This document shows positions 36,668 to 45,483 of a stretch of 64,000 nt of DNA, in pieces (the stretch's first letter is position 1; each line of letters opens with the position of its first letter). Under the pieces are notes generated by a model that was given only the letters and a program-made list of their open reading frames with translations, was not told the origin of the DNA and ran no database searches. The position numbers and the translations under genes are program-made. The stretch is taken from the IMG/VR virus record IMGVR_UViG_3300025723_000013; one strand, given 5' to 3'. The stretch is from a virus. Taxonomy: Duplodnaviria > Caudoviricetes.

Positions 36668-37393
36668 TCAGCAGTGCCATTTTCTCAATGATTTATTGAT
36701 ACGACTGTTGGGATCATGAGCTGTCTTGGCTGATGTGCGATGTTTTTTCATGCCCTTCATGCGAGCGCAAAAACTCTTGCGTCGTTTGGAGGCCTTGCTG
36801 CCTTTCTTGAGCTTGCCGGGCTTGGTAGTGACCGCGGTCTGCAATTTGCTGCCGGGATGTTGTCTGCGGTAGCTGGCCACGCCCTTCTTGTTGAGCCCGC
36901 CGTTTTTGTTCTTGCCAGATTTCTTTTGCCATGCCGCAGCTTCATCCAGATGACTGCCTTCACGTGGGGCGAACGCAACATCTGCCACGTCTGCGATTCG
37001 TATGTGTTTCAGACCAGTGGTTCCGTGAGATCTAGCAGCCCAGTATCCTTGATTGTGCAGATGCTGCATCACATAGTAGAGAAATTTGGGATCAATTTTG
37101 TCACCGGCAGTGACCTTGACGCCCATGTATTGAGGCTGATATTGTGTGACTGGTCGGCCCACCTGTTGTTGGCTGCCTTTGCGTATGATCCAAAAGTCCG
37201 CATTGGGCATGTGCGTGGCCACCAAAGCCAAATCACGCAGGTACATGCCCGACGATTCCTTGACACTGCGATTGGGCACACAGTTATTGACTCGCACGCC
37301 GCCCTTGATCTTGGTGCCCTGTTTGTGCATGCCTGACCAGCACTTGGCATCCAATCTGGTTTTAACCTCACCCACGAATTCTTGAGCTCTCAT
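36668..37393 (-). CDS. Modular basic protein (MRAQEFVGE leader; CW..G..NNCVP module; HsdS-TRD-like middle; DUF6321-like C-terminus)
   Basis: Modules separated by VKES and LDEA; IDPKFLYYVM...SHGTT.LKHI middle; AWQKKSGKNKNGGLN...RKSFCARM...KW.C end. Confidence 0.7.
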   Translation of the reverse strand: MRAQEFVGEVKTRLDAKCWSGMHKQGTKIKGGVRVNNCVPNRSVKESSGMYLRDLALVATHMPNADFWIIRKGSQQQVGRPVTQYQPQYMGVKVTAGDKIDPKFLYYVMQHLHNQGYWAARSHGTTGLKHIRIADVADVAFAPREGSHLDEAAAWQKKSGKNKNGGLNKKGVASYRRQHPGSKLQTAVTTKPGKLKKGSKASKRRKSFCARMKGMKKHRTSAKTAHDPNSRINKSLRKWHC

Positions 37394-37587
37394 TTTTTCT
37401 TTCCTCTGCGCATGTTGATCTGCCAGCGGGCCAATTGGCCTTTACGCCCCTTGCTCTTGGCTGCCTTGGTCAATTGAGCCAGGGTGGCATGTTTGGGGAT
37501 ACCCGCACGAGCACTGTCGCCAGGACGACCCGGGCCTTTGCCATCTGCAAAGTTTTCAAACAAGGCCAACAGTTCGCGCAAAGTCAT
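37390..37587 (-). CDS. Small basic protein (MTLRELL leader)
   Basis: ENFADGKGPGRPG; ATAAATA-N5-ATG (box 37593-37599). Confidence 0.75.
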   Translation of the reverse strand: MTLRELLALFENFADGKGPGRPGDSARAGIPKHATLAQLTKAAKSKGRKGQLARWQINMRRGKKK

Positions 37588-37606
37588 ACTGATATTTATC
37601 ACTCTG

Positions 37607-38548
37607 TCACTGACCAAACTGAGTGGTGATCACACGACCATGCAGATCTTGTGCATGCAAGGGCAACTGTTCAATCACAAAGGTTCTCTGCAGCCATCGA
37701 TCGTTGCCATCAAAGCGTGGCTGATAGGCACTGCGTCCATGCACTGCCCGCGCATTGTCAATGATCAAGAGATCGCCTGATGTGAGATTGATTTCACTGT
37801 GACACTGAGCCACCGCACGGCCCAGTTCATGTAGGGCCTGATCAGCAGCAGGATCAGTGCCTACCATGAGATCCTCATCAAACACCATGACAGGATCATG
37901 GGGCGTGGTCAATACCGCCATGGGTGGGCCCAACTGATTGGCTCTGCCATTCAAGAAGCTTTGATCTATGGCCGTACGGAATCTGGGTTCAAACAAGATT
38001 CTCTGTGTGGCCCGGCTCAGGTGCGGCCACACCTGATTGATTGAGCACAGCGTGGTCATGGCTCGTTCATCTCCCCTCAAGCACAGCAGGGCCAGATAGG
38101 CCGGACGATAGGGATGAAAGGCCGTTTCGGTATGAAACATGAGTGGCACCAGACTGGATGTGCTGGTTTGGGCATGCTGATTGGCACGAGTTGGCACCAG
38201 ATTCTGCACCAAACGGCCGCCCAATTCAGGTTCATAGCCCACGGGTTCACCCAGCAGGCTGGCCACGGCCAACAGAGTGCGTTCGCTGATCAAATCTTTG
38301 CTAGTGGGCTCAGTGGGTGAGGAGGGAGTTCGCGGCACTGCTCCCACTGGCAAGCCTCGCATCAGCAGCGCACCACTGGGGTGGCTGTGCCTGCGAAACT
38401 GAGCCACTGCGTGAGTGATCTCAGCAGGCAGATGAGCACGCCAGTCCCGAGCCTGGGCCATGAACTGGGCGCTATCCAGTGGCTCCTGCAGGGGCAGCGG
38501 GCCTGGATCCGGTGCTGGGCACGTCAAGGTGAGGGGTGCTAGATGCAT
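37607..38548 (-). CDS. Fe(II)/2-oxoglutarate dioxygenase, clavaminate synthase/AsnO-like (TauD family)
   Basis: FHTETAFHP (HxE facial triad), LLCLRGD, DLLIIDNARAVHGR, RWLQR. Confidence 0.88.
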   Translation of the reverse strand: MHLAPLTLTCPAPDPGPLPLQEPLDSAQFMAQARDWRAHLPAEITHAVAQFRRHSHPSGALLMRGLPVGAVPRTPSSPTEPTSKDLISERTLLAVASLLGEPVGYEPELGGRLVQNLVPTRANQHAQTSTSSLVPLMFHTETAFHPYRPAYLALLCLRGDERAMTTLCSINQVWPHLSRATQRILFEPRFRTAIDQSFLNGRANQLGPPMAVLTTPHDPVMVFDEDLMVGTDPAADQALHELGRAVAQCHSEINLTSGDLLIIDNARAVHGRSAYQPRFDGNDRWLQRTFVIEQLPLHAQDLHGRVITTQFGQ

Positions 38549-38607
38549 GAGCGGGTCCTTTCATGTGTGAGATATTTATCGGCGATTAAATACACAATTG
38601 AATCAAC

Positions 38608-38838
38608 ATGCGAACCACACTGAAAATATCACGCGAGCAGTATCAAGCTCTGTTTGTAGAGCAGGGATGGGATCCCATTTGGGATTGGGGACCCTTGAGC
38701 CGAAGCCAATTTATCCTGGAATCATTGCGCCGGGAGTTTGGCATCGCGGACTACAGATACCAGTATGACCTCAGCCTGATCGAATTTGACTTTGATCATG
38801 AGCAGCAGGCCACTTGGTTTGCGCTGAAATATCTATGA
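38608..38838 (+). CDS. Small hypothetical protein; paralog of next gene
   Basis: C-terminal EQQATWFALKY. Confidence 0.7.
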   Translation: MRTTLKISREQYQALFVEQGWDPIWDWGPLSRSQFILESLRREFGIADYRYQYDLSLIEFDFDHEQQATWFALKYL

Positions 38839-39065
38839 AACGCATACGGATCACAGTGGATGAATTCAATCAGTTGGTGGCTCGATATGACCAAACAGTG
38901 GCCGCACAAGAGCCCCTGCTGCAACCCGGGCTGTACACTCGCGGCCTGCTGGGGCACTATGGCATCAAGACGTTCAAATACCTGTCAGCTCTGGGCTTGG
39001 TTCGCTTGGAATTTGTGAGCGAGCCCGCTGCCACTTGGTTTGCGCTGCGACATGTTGGCTCGTGA
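38835..39065 (+). CDS. Small hypothetical protein; paralog of previous gene
   Basis: C-terminal EPAATWFALRH; ATGA overlap. Confidence 0.7.
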   Translation: MKRIRITVDEFNQLVARYDQTVAAQEPLLQPGLYTRGLLGHYGIKTFKYLSALGLVRLEFVSEPAATWFALRHVGS

Positions 39066-39105
39066 TCAGCACATCAAAAATCTACACACATTAAATAAGT
39101 TCACT

Positions 39106-39702
39106 ATGGATAAACACAGAATAATTCAAGAAATGCATGCTCTTCCGTCGGCCTGGACCGGACATTTGGAATTTGCTCAATGGCTGGTTGATCGTGTGCG
39201 ACCAACCACCACTGTGGATCTGGGTGTGGATTACGGGTTCAGCCTGTTTGCCTTGGCTCTTGGCGGTCAAGGCACTGTGTACGGTGTAGACAGTTTTGAG
39301 GGCGATATTCATGCTGGTTACCATCCTGATGCCTACCGTATGGTAAGCAATTTCCAACAGCGCCATGCCTTTGATCATGTGCAGTTGATACGGTCATGGT
39401 TCACACCCTTGGCCCAAAAATGGCTGCTGCCAATTGACATACTGCACATCGACGGATTGCACACCTATTCGGCCATCACCGAGGATTGGCAAAATTGGTC
39501 AAAATTCGTGCCCGCCACTGGAGTGGTGATCATGCATGATGTGATCAGTTTCCCTGCCGATGTGGGTCGTTTTTACAATGAACTGCCTTTGCCCAAGGCC
39601 TATTTTGAACACAGTGCCGGACTGGGCATCGTGACATGGAATGTGAGATTACTGGAGGACATCTTGAGAGCCTTTCCTCAGGCACGTGTGGGCCCTGTGT
39701 GA
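39106..39702 (+). CDS. Class I SAM-dependent methyltransferase (Methyltransf_24-like)
   Basis: VDLGVDYGFS, YGVDSF, IDILHIDGLHTY, GVVIMHD. Confidence 0.85.
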   Translation: MDKHRIIQEMHALPSAWTGHLEFAQWLVDRVRPTTTVDLGVDYGFSLFALALGGQGTVYGVDSFEGDIHAGYHPDAYRMVSNFQQRHAFDHVQLIRSWFTPLAQKWLLPIDILHIDGLHTYSAITEDWQNWSKFVPATGVVIMHDVISFPADVGRFYNELPLPKAYFEHSAGLGIVTWNVRLLEDILRAFPQARVGPV

Positions 39703-39737
39703 TCCCCGGCCGGTGACGCGGCCATAAATAGTCACAT

Positions 39738-40193
39738 ATGCTGCTGCGTGAATTACTGGACCGTCCTTACCCTGTTGCCTTGGATGACCCCGACGCCGCC
39801 GACGCGGCCTATCGAGCCGTTTGGATCTGGAGATTCACCACAGATCAGGGCGATCAAGGCGAAGTCACCATAACTCGCAGTTTGATGCACAGCCGGACTT
39901 CAGTGAAATACAGCATCAACGGCAGCCGGGATAGACCCAATCGAGATCAACTCCGTCCCAACAGCATGAGAATCTTCAGCTCGGTGTTGGCCGCTCTCAG
40001 ACACTACTGGAGCCTCAACCCTGCCAATCAAACCCAGACCCTGGAATTTGTGGGCAGCCACAGCGATCCCAAAAGACTGGCGTTTTATGATCGCATGGCT
40101 CAGCAGCTGGGTCGGTGGATTCCCTACAGACTGGTGAGCACACAGGATCATCCAGACGATTACAAGAAGTATGTGTTGGCCCGGATCCGTTAG
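39738..40193 (+). CDS. Hypothetical protein (MLLRELLDRP leader); related to 52820-53233
   Basis: Shared MLLRE.[LF]DRP start and F.T.QG motif; ATAAATA box 39724-39730. Confidence 0.7.
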   Translation: MLLRELLDRPYPVALDDPDAADAAYRAVWIWRFTTDQGDQGEVTITRSLMHSRTSVKYSINGSRDRPNRDQLRPNSMRIFSSVLAALRHYWSLNPANQTQTLEFVGSHSDPKRLAFYDRMAQQLGRWIPYRLVSTQDHPDDYKKYVLARIR

Positions 40194-41413
40194 GCAGCGG
40201 AGCCTGATTGTTTTTGTTGGGCATAGGCCTGCTTGAGTGCTTGCAGCACACGACGGATACAGTCCGGTCTAGTTTGCGTTTTCTGCCATTCATCCTCCCA
40301 AATCACCACCAAGGTAAAGCCTTTCTGGCGCAGATATTCTTCTTTTTCTTGATTTAGTCGTCTACGTTCGCCTGCCGTTTTTCCAACTTTGGGTAACGGG
40401 GTGTTGTCGTCCTGGAATCGTAAGGGGTTGGCATGGTAAAGATCGCCATAATACTCCACGATCATGGGAGGATCTTCTATGAATAGATCGATTTTGTATG
40501 AATCTCCGTGACGGCCGCCAGTGGGGATTGGTACAGAGTGTTGAGGGTTCAGCGGTTGAATTTCGGGTAGCTGTGAGATTGTTTCAAAAAAATGTATTTC
40601 ACCTTGACTGCGCTGATGTACTTTTTGATTTTTTTTATAGTCTTGATGTAAAAGATCATAATCTGGCAGGTTTTTTAGGTGTCTTCTAATAGTTCCACGA
40701 TCTCGATCAATTCTTAAGCTGATATATCCAGGATTATAGCCCTGCTGATACAATTCGCGTATTTCATGATCTTGTTGCACAGTGAACGACCTTTTTTCTC
40801 GTTTTTGCCTAGCCTTAAACTGCCTATCGACAACAGCAGATACACTGGGTATTGATCTATTTTTCTCACGAGCGATCTTAGCGATGGACCAGTTATATTC
40901 GCCCTCGGGATCATAGTGACTTCGTATGAATTCTTCATCGTCGGGAGTGAACGACCTTTTTTCTTGTTTTTGCCTAGCCTTAAACTGCCTATCGACAACA
41001 TCAGATACACTGGCCGCTAATCTATTTAACACACCAGCGATCTTAGCGATGGACCAGTTATATTCGCCCTCGGGATCATAGTGACTTCGTATAAATTCTT
41101 CATCGTCGGGAGTGAACTCTTGATAGGGTCGTTTGAGTTCCTGATCAAGATAGCGATGGATCAGGACATAACTCTTTCCTAACTGTTTAGCAATGGCCGC
41201 TGCATTTAATCCCTGTTTGGCCAAGTGATTGATAAGAAAATAGTTCTTTATGGTTTGCTCGGTTGTACCAGCACCCAGTTGGTAATCGTGGATGAGATCT
41301 TGCAGTATGTGGTGATCACTGTGATGCTGAGCTCGCAGTTGGCGCATGCGTGCTCTCTGTTGAACAGTAAACCCTCGAAACGCTTCTTGAATGAATAATT
41401 CACGTAATAGCAT
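40190..41413 (-). CDS. Tandem-HTH DNA-binding protein with C-terminal Vsr/DUF559-like PD-(D/E)XK endonuclease
   Basis: Four FT......R..Y......IA..L.R HTH-like units; C-term KIDLF..VEYYGDLYH...KEEYLRQKGFTLVVIWEDEW; ATAAATA-N5-ATG. Confidence 0.8.
   Translation of the reverse strand: MLLRELFIQEAFRGFTVQQRARMRQLRAQHHSDHHILQDLIHDYQLGAGTTEQTIKNYFLINHLAKQGLNAAAIAKQLGKSYVLIHRYLDQELKRPYQEFTPDDEEFIRSHYDPEGEYNWSIAKIAGVLNRLAASVSDVVDRQFKARQKQEKRSFTPDDEEFIRSHYDPEGEYNWSIAKIAREKNRSIPSVSAVVDRQFKARQKREKRSFTVQQDHEIRELYQQGYNPGYISLRIDRDRGTIRRHLKNLPDYDLLHQDYKKNQKVHQRSQGEIHFFETISQLPEIQPLNPQHSVPIPTGGRHGDSYKIDLFIEDPPMIVEYYGDLYHANPLRFQDDNTPLPKVGKTAGERRRLNQEKEEYLRQKGFTLVVIWEDEWQKTQTRPDCIRRVLQALKQAYAQQKQSGSAA
40781..41117. 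repeat. 165-bp tandem duplication (55-aa HTH unit)
   Basis: agtgaac.. recurs at 40781, 40946, 41111 with high DNA identity. Confidence 0.9.
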
Positions 41414-41519
41414 GTGGTTATTTATTAGCGATCACGTGGTGAGTGTGCAGTGCACGGACTGCTAGTGATACACACACGAACCGGTCGCCGGATCGCGCAC
41501 GGAGCCGGTGGAAGGCGGC

Positions 41520-41578
41520 TCAAATACCCCGCTGTACGTGATGCGCACACACGCATACACACGCGCACACACGCACAA
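41520..41578. repeat. Motif plus (CA/CG)n alternating purine-pyrimidine tract 1
   Basis: TCAAATACCCCGCTGTACGTGATG followed by cgcacacacgcatacacacgcgcacacacgcac. Confidence 0.85.
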
Positions 41579-41962
41579 ACCCGCAGAGATTGAGTGTGTG
41601 CCGGTGGAGGAAACACTGCCCGTGACCAGAGTCCGTGACCCGTGACCCGTGATCGCGATTCCGGAGCAAGAAAGAATGGTCCAGAACCGGTCAAGAAGCG
41701 GTTGGCACCATTTAAACTATGCCTCACTTCCTTCACCTTGTCACGGGGTTTCTAGCCCAGATTCCCTGCCGCTTGAACTTCAGACCGTGACAGAAACCTG
41801 GAATAAAACCCCACCAAACCGTGAGGATTTTGGGCCAAAACGGTGGGGGTTTGAGACATTTCCCCACACTTTTTGAGGAATTTTGATCCATCTCAGTGTG
41901 GGGCTACCCTAGCACAGGATCCCACTACAACCACAGCCACCGGCTGGATCACAGTGGGGTTG

Positions 41963-42090
41963 TCAAATACCCCGCTGTACGTGATGTGCACACACGTACA
42001 TATACACACACTAGCGCACACACACGTACATATACACACACGCACACACACGTACATGTATACACACACGCACACACGAGCACATGCACA
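41963..42090. repeat. Motif plus (CA/TA)n tract 2, four imperfect ~27-bp units
   Basis: Same 24-nt header as 41520, then gcacacac(ac)gtacatatacacacac units. Confidence 0.85.
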
Positions 42091-42223
42091 CCGGAAGCGT
42101 TTGATCCCGGAGCATGGGCACTGTGACCTGGCGCCGTGAGTGAGCTGACATGGATATGAGCACACACACATCGAATGGACACGGCGGCATCGGGGCACAT
42201 CGAGGACTGGGCGGCGCAGGTGG

Positions 42224-42252
42224 TTGACACCTGTGGGGCAGTTGCATACACT
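42224..42252 (+). promoter_or_regulatory. sigma70-type promoter opening the early array
   Basis: TTGACA-N17-TACACT, AC-rich leader, AGGAG SD. Confidence 0.7.
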
Positions 42253-42287
42253 AGCGGCTCACTAACACACACAGGAGAACACACACC

Positions 42288-42638
42288 ATGCCCAAGACAG
42301 CGGCTTCGCGCCACCTCACTGACCAGGAGATCGCAACCATCGCGAACCAAGCCCTGGCCGCGGCTCAGGAGGCCACCCAGAATTTTCTCGACGCCAACGG
42401 TGATCGTGATCTGTGTGGATTTGCTTGGGTCACCCTCCGGCCTGCCACCACGCGCATGGCACGCTGGCTCCGGCAGCAGGGCGTGGCTCGGCCTGCACCG
42501 GGAGGCGGGGTACAGGTGTGGAATCCGGGTGGTCACCCTACCCAGTGCATCACGGCCCGGGAACAAGGCGCACGGGCCTTTGTCAAGGTCATGGAGCAAC
42601 ACGGCATCCGGGCCCTGGCCAACAGTCGATTGGACTAG
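42288..42638 (+). CDS. Conserved phage early protein
   Basis: CGFAWV...WNPGGHPTQCI...SRLD. Confidence 0.8.
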   Translation: MPKTAASRHLTDQEIATIANQALAAAQEATQNFLDANGDRDLCGFAWVTLRPATTRMARWLRQQGVARPAPGGGVQVWNPGGHPTQCITAREQGARAFVKVMEQHGIRALANSRLD

Positions 42639-42734
42639 CAGGCGATTTTTTTTTGAAAACGGGCTAGACAACGAGCCTGCATCGTGTATAATGTTCAACG
42701 TTGAGCAAGAGATGTTTTTTAACCAGCAAGGAGA

Positions 42735-42980
42735 TTGAACGTGGCCAAAGCCATTCCAGTTGATGTGACTTTTCCTGAGTCGGGCGAGACCCGCACTTTC
42801 CGCAGCATCCGTGCTGTGGCGCGCATGTTGAGCGGAACGGGCACTGAGTCGGGCGGTTTCCGCAAGACCATCAGTGCTCGTGCTGCCAACGGCTTTGTGT
42901 TGGCCCAGCCCGATGTGGTGCGCCATAACCGCTTGGCAGATGCCTGGGTGGCAGACCCAGGCTTGGAGCGAGTGGCCTAA
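42735..42980 (+). CDS. Standalone NUMOD1-like HTH protein; paralog of 47745-47942
   Basis: RTFRSIRAVARMLSG matches the F.S..eAAr.Lg pattern; TTG start with AAGGAG SD. Confidence 0.6.
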   Translation: MNVAKAIPVDVTFPESGETRTFRSIRAVARMLSGTGTESGGFRKTISARAANGFVLAQPDVVRHNRLADAWVADPGLERVA

Positions 42981-42987
42981 AGGCTCA

Positions 42988-43044
42988 GGGCAGCTGACCA
43001 CCGGGTCAGCTGCCCTTGACACTCGTGAACGCACACCGTATAAT
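42988..43044 (+). promoter_or_regulatory. 12-bp stem-loop abutting a consensus sigma70 promoter
   Basis: GGGCAGCTGACC-ACCG-GGTCAGCTGCCC then TTGACA(43016)-N17-TATAAT(43039). Confidence 0.85.
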
Positions 43045-43083
43045 CACCCGTGAACCGGCAAGCACACACACAAGGAAGCCCAA

Positions 43084-43935
43084 ATGGCACGAGAAACCAA
43101 CGTGATTGAACTGGATCCAGAAGCCGTGGCAGCGCGGGCTGCTGCTGTGGCCCAGGAGACCGACGATGAGATCCTGGCACGCTTGAACGAGCGATTCCAG
43201 ATCCTGGAAGACATGACCCTGGCAGTCAAGCGTGGATCGGTACGCAGCATGATCGTATCAGGTCCACCCGGCACGGGCAAGAGCCACGGCGTGGAACAGG
43301 TGCTCAGCCGCGACGACCTATTCAACACCCTGGCCCAGCGGCGGCCCAAGTACGAGATCGTGAAAGGAGCCACCAGTAGTGTGGGCCTGTATGCCAAACT
43401 GTTTGAGTATGCGGCTCCGGGCCATGTGCTGGTGTTTGACGACTGCGACACCATACTCATGGAAGAAGAAAGCCTCAACACCCTGAAAGGCGCCCTGGAC
43501 TCGGGTGAACGGCGCTACATTTCGTGGAACAAGGACAGCCGCCTGCTGCGCACACAGGGCGTGCCGGACCGTTTTGAGTTCTCGGGTTCAGTGATCTTTA
43601 TCACCAACATCAAGTTTGACTTTGTGCGCAGCAAGAAACTGCGAGACCACTTGATGGCCCTGGAGTCGCGCAGCCACTACATTGATCTGCAGATGGACAC
43701 CACGCGAGAAAAGATCCTGCGCATACGCCAGATCGTGGCCCAAGGCATGCTGTCTCGCTATCTGTTTGAACAGGATCAAGAAGCCCAGATCATTGACTTC
43801 ATAGTGGAGCATCAGGAGCGACTGAGCGAGCTGAGCCTGCGCATGGTGCTGAAAATCGCGGATCTGCGCCGTGAGTTTCCAGACACTTGGCGCAACATGG
43901 CTCGCACCACCTGCATGAGCCGGCAGCGCCCGTGA
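43084..43935 (+). CDS. AAA+ family ATPase
   Basis: Walker A SGPPGTGKS, Walker B VLVFDDCD, VIFITN. Confidence 0.9.
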   Translation: MARETNVIELDPEAVAARAAAVAQETDDEILARLNERFQILEDMTLAVKRGSVRSMIVSGPPGTGKSHGVEQVLSRDDLFNTLAQRRPKYEIVKGATSSVGLYAKLFEYAAPGHVLVFDDCDTILMEEESLNTLKGALDSGERRYISWNKDSRLLRTQGVPDRFEFSGSVIFITNIKFDFVRSKKLRDHLMALESRSHYIDLQMDTTREKILRIRQIVAQGMLSRYLFEQDQEAQIIDFIVEHQERLSELSLRMVLKIADLRREFPDTWRNMARTTCMSRQRP

Positions 43936-44156
43936 CGGCCAGGTGGGCCTGGGCCCTGGCCCACTGGGCCATTTGGATGGCAGCTGCGGGCCTGGCCCAC
44001 CTGGAAGGCCTGCCCTGGCCGCATGTGGCGGCCTGGGCCCTGCTGCTGCTGTGCCAGGAGTGGAACACGCGCCTCGTGTGGGAACACGAGGTGATGCAGG
44101 TGCTGGCGCGCGTCCGGCACCTGGTGGAGCAGGCGCGGGCCCCACCACACACGTGA
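43932..44156 (+). CDS. Small membrane protein
   Basis: GTGA overlap; two W/A-rich hydrophobic segments. Confidence 0.55.
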   Translation: MTARWAWALAHWAIWMAAAGLAHLEGLPWPHVAAWALLLLCQEWNTRLVWEHEVMQVLARVRHLVEQARAPPHT

Positions 44157-44266
44157 ACAGCTCTCCAGCTCGCAGTGGGGCTGGCCGCGGCCCACTGGCA
44201 GGTGCGGCTTGACTTAGAGCTGTTTTCTGTTATAATACACACACATTCACACACAAGGAGACTGCC

Positions 44267-44563
44267 ATGACCCTTTACAGCTATGCCGGAGTCAGCCGCC
44301 GCCAAGGACGCATGCGACCGCGTTGGGCCAACGATCAAGCTCGCATCCGGACCCTGATCCGCACCGGACACACGGACATTGATCTCATACCGTTGCCCAA
44401 GGCCATGACACGCACAGAGGCCCTGACCTGGCTGATCTCGATTGACTTTGACAACGGCAATCCGGAAGTGCGCGAGGCCCTGGAGGCCGCACTGGATCGA
44501 CGCCAGACCCAAGAACCGGCCGAGGCTCAGGGCGTGGAGCCGGCCCAGGAGCCGGCCCACTGA
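44267..44563 (+). CDS. Conserved phage early protein
   Basis: AGVS...RWAND..RI..L...GHTDIDLI.LP; own promoter and AAGGAG SD. Confidence 0.8.
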   Translation: MTLYSYAGVSRRQGRMRPRWANDQARIRTLIRTGHTDIDLIPLPKAMTRTEALTWLISIDFDNGNPEVREALEAALDRRQTQEPAEAQGVEPAQEPAH

Positions 44564-44622
44564 CCCACCCGGTACCGCACAGCCCGGTCGCGGGCTGTGC
44601 GAACTTTTGCAAGGAGCATACT

Positions 44623-44844
44623 ATGGGAATTTTGACCACATTTGGCAGGCCCTACGTGGAGTTTGATCCGGGCCAGCGCAGCCACCGCGAGTGGTTGCAT
44701 CAGTTCCTGGCCACGGCCAGCTGGGGCCACTGTCCGGTGCGTTTTACCGTGAATCAAGAAGGTGAGCACTTGGCCGTGATACAGCGACGCCTGTTGGAAT
44801 GGTACATGGACCGCGAGTTTGCGCGCCGTGGTGCCACAGGCTAG
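44623..44844 (+). CDS. Conserved small phage protein
   Basis: RPYVEFDP...HR...WGHCPVRF; AAGGAG SD. Confidence 0.75.
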   Translation: MGILTTFGRPYVEFDPGQRSHREWLHQFLATASWGHCPVRFTVNQEGEHLAVIQRRLLEWYMDREFARRGATG

Positions 44845-44903
44845 CGGCGGACTGCCGGCCGGCCTCGGCCCTGGTACTCTCACACACACAGCAAGGAGCA
44901 CAC

Positions 44904-45242
44904 ATGATACAGCCCAACTCACAGTTCCGTTATTGGCGAGCCGACCAAGTGGCCGAGTGCCTGGATGGCATTCCCGACAGCCTGTATCAACGCCTTTGGC
45001 ACATCACCCAGCCTGAGCCTGTGACGCCAGGCCTGGATTATGGCGAAACGCCACCGGACAGTTGGGATCACTGCCTGGCCGCCCAGGGCTGGAGTCTGCT
45101 GACTGAGGATCAGCAACGCCTGCTCAATCAGCTCATGGAGCAGTATCACGCTGCGCTGGGCTGGACCCAGGCTCAGCAGGATCGGGACATCCTGGACCAG
45201 ATCGACCACTTCAACTGGGTGGGCAGCCGGCACCACTATTGA
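44904..45242 (+). CDS. Hypothetical protein
   Basis: AAGGAG SD; ends FNWVGSRHHY. Confidence 0.7.
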   Translation: MIQPNSQFRYWRADQVAECLDGIPDSLYQRLWHITQPEPVTPGLDYGETPPDSWDHCLAAQGWSLLTEDQQRLLNQLMEQYHAALGWTQAQQDRDILDQIDHFNWVGSRHHY

Positions 45243-45308
45243 GGTTGACGGCGATCCGGCCCTAGTGTACATTGCACACACAGACACACACGCTGCAAGG
45301 AGACCCAC

Positions 45309-45365
45309 ATGCACACTTGGCCCTCGGATCAGGCGCTCGAGGCCTATCTGCCAGAACACGCTTAA
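45309..45365 (+). CDS. Possible 18-aa microprotein MHTWPSDQALEAYLPEHA
   Basis: TTGACG-N17-TACATT promoter, AAGGAG SD, stop 10 nt before tRNA. Confidence 0.4.
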   Translation: MHTWPSDQALEAYLPEHA

Positions 45366-45374
45366 CACACCAAT

Positions 45375-45449
45375 GGGATCGTAGCTCAGAGGTAGAGCAA
45401 TCGGCTTTTAACCGATTGGTCGAGAGTTCGAATCTCTCCGGTCCTACCA
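45375..45449 (+). tRNA. trnK: tRNA-Lys(UUU)
   Basis: GGGATCG/CGGTCCT acceptor, TAGCTCAG D-arm, ATCGG-CTTTTAA-CCGAT anticodon arm, GTTCGAATC T-loop, encoded CCA. Confidence 0.95.
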
Positions 45450-45483
45450 AATCACCACGTCCAAACAACGCAGGAAGACCAAA

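Noticed and set aside
41425-42290. ORFs reading HTHT/CVCV
   Set aside because: Translations of the CA microsatellite, no expression signals
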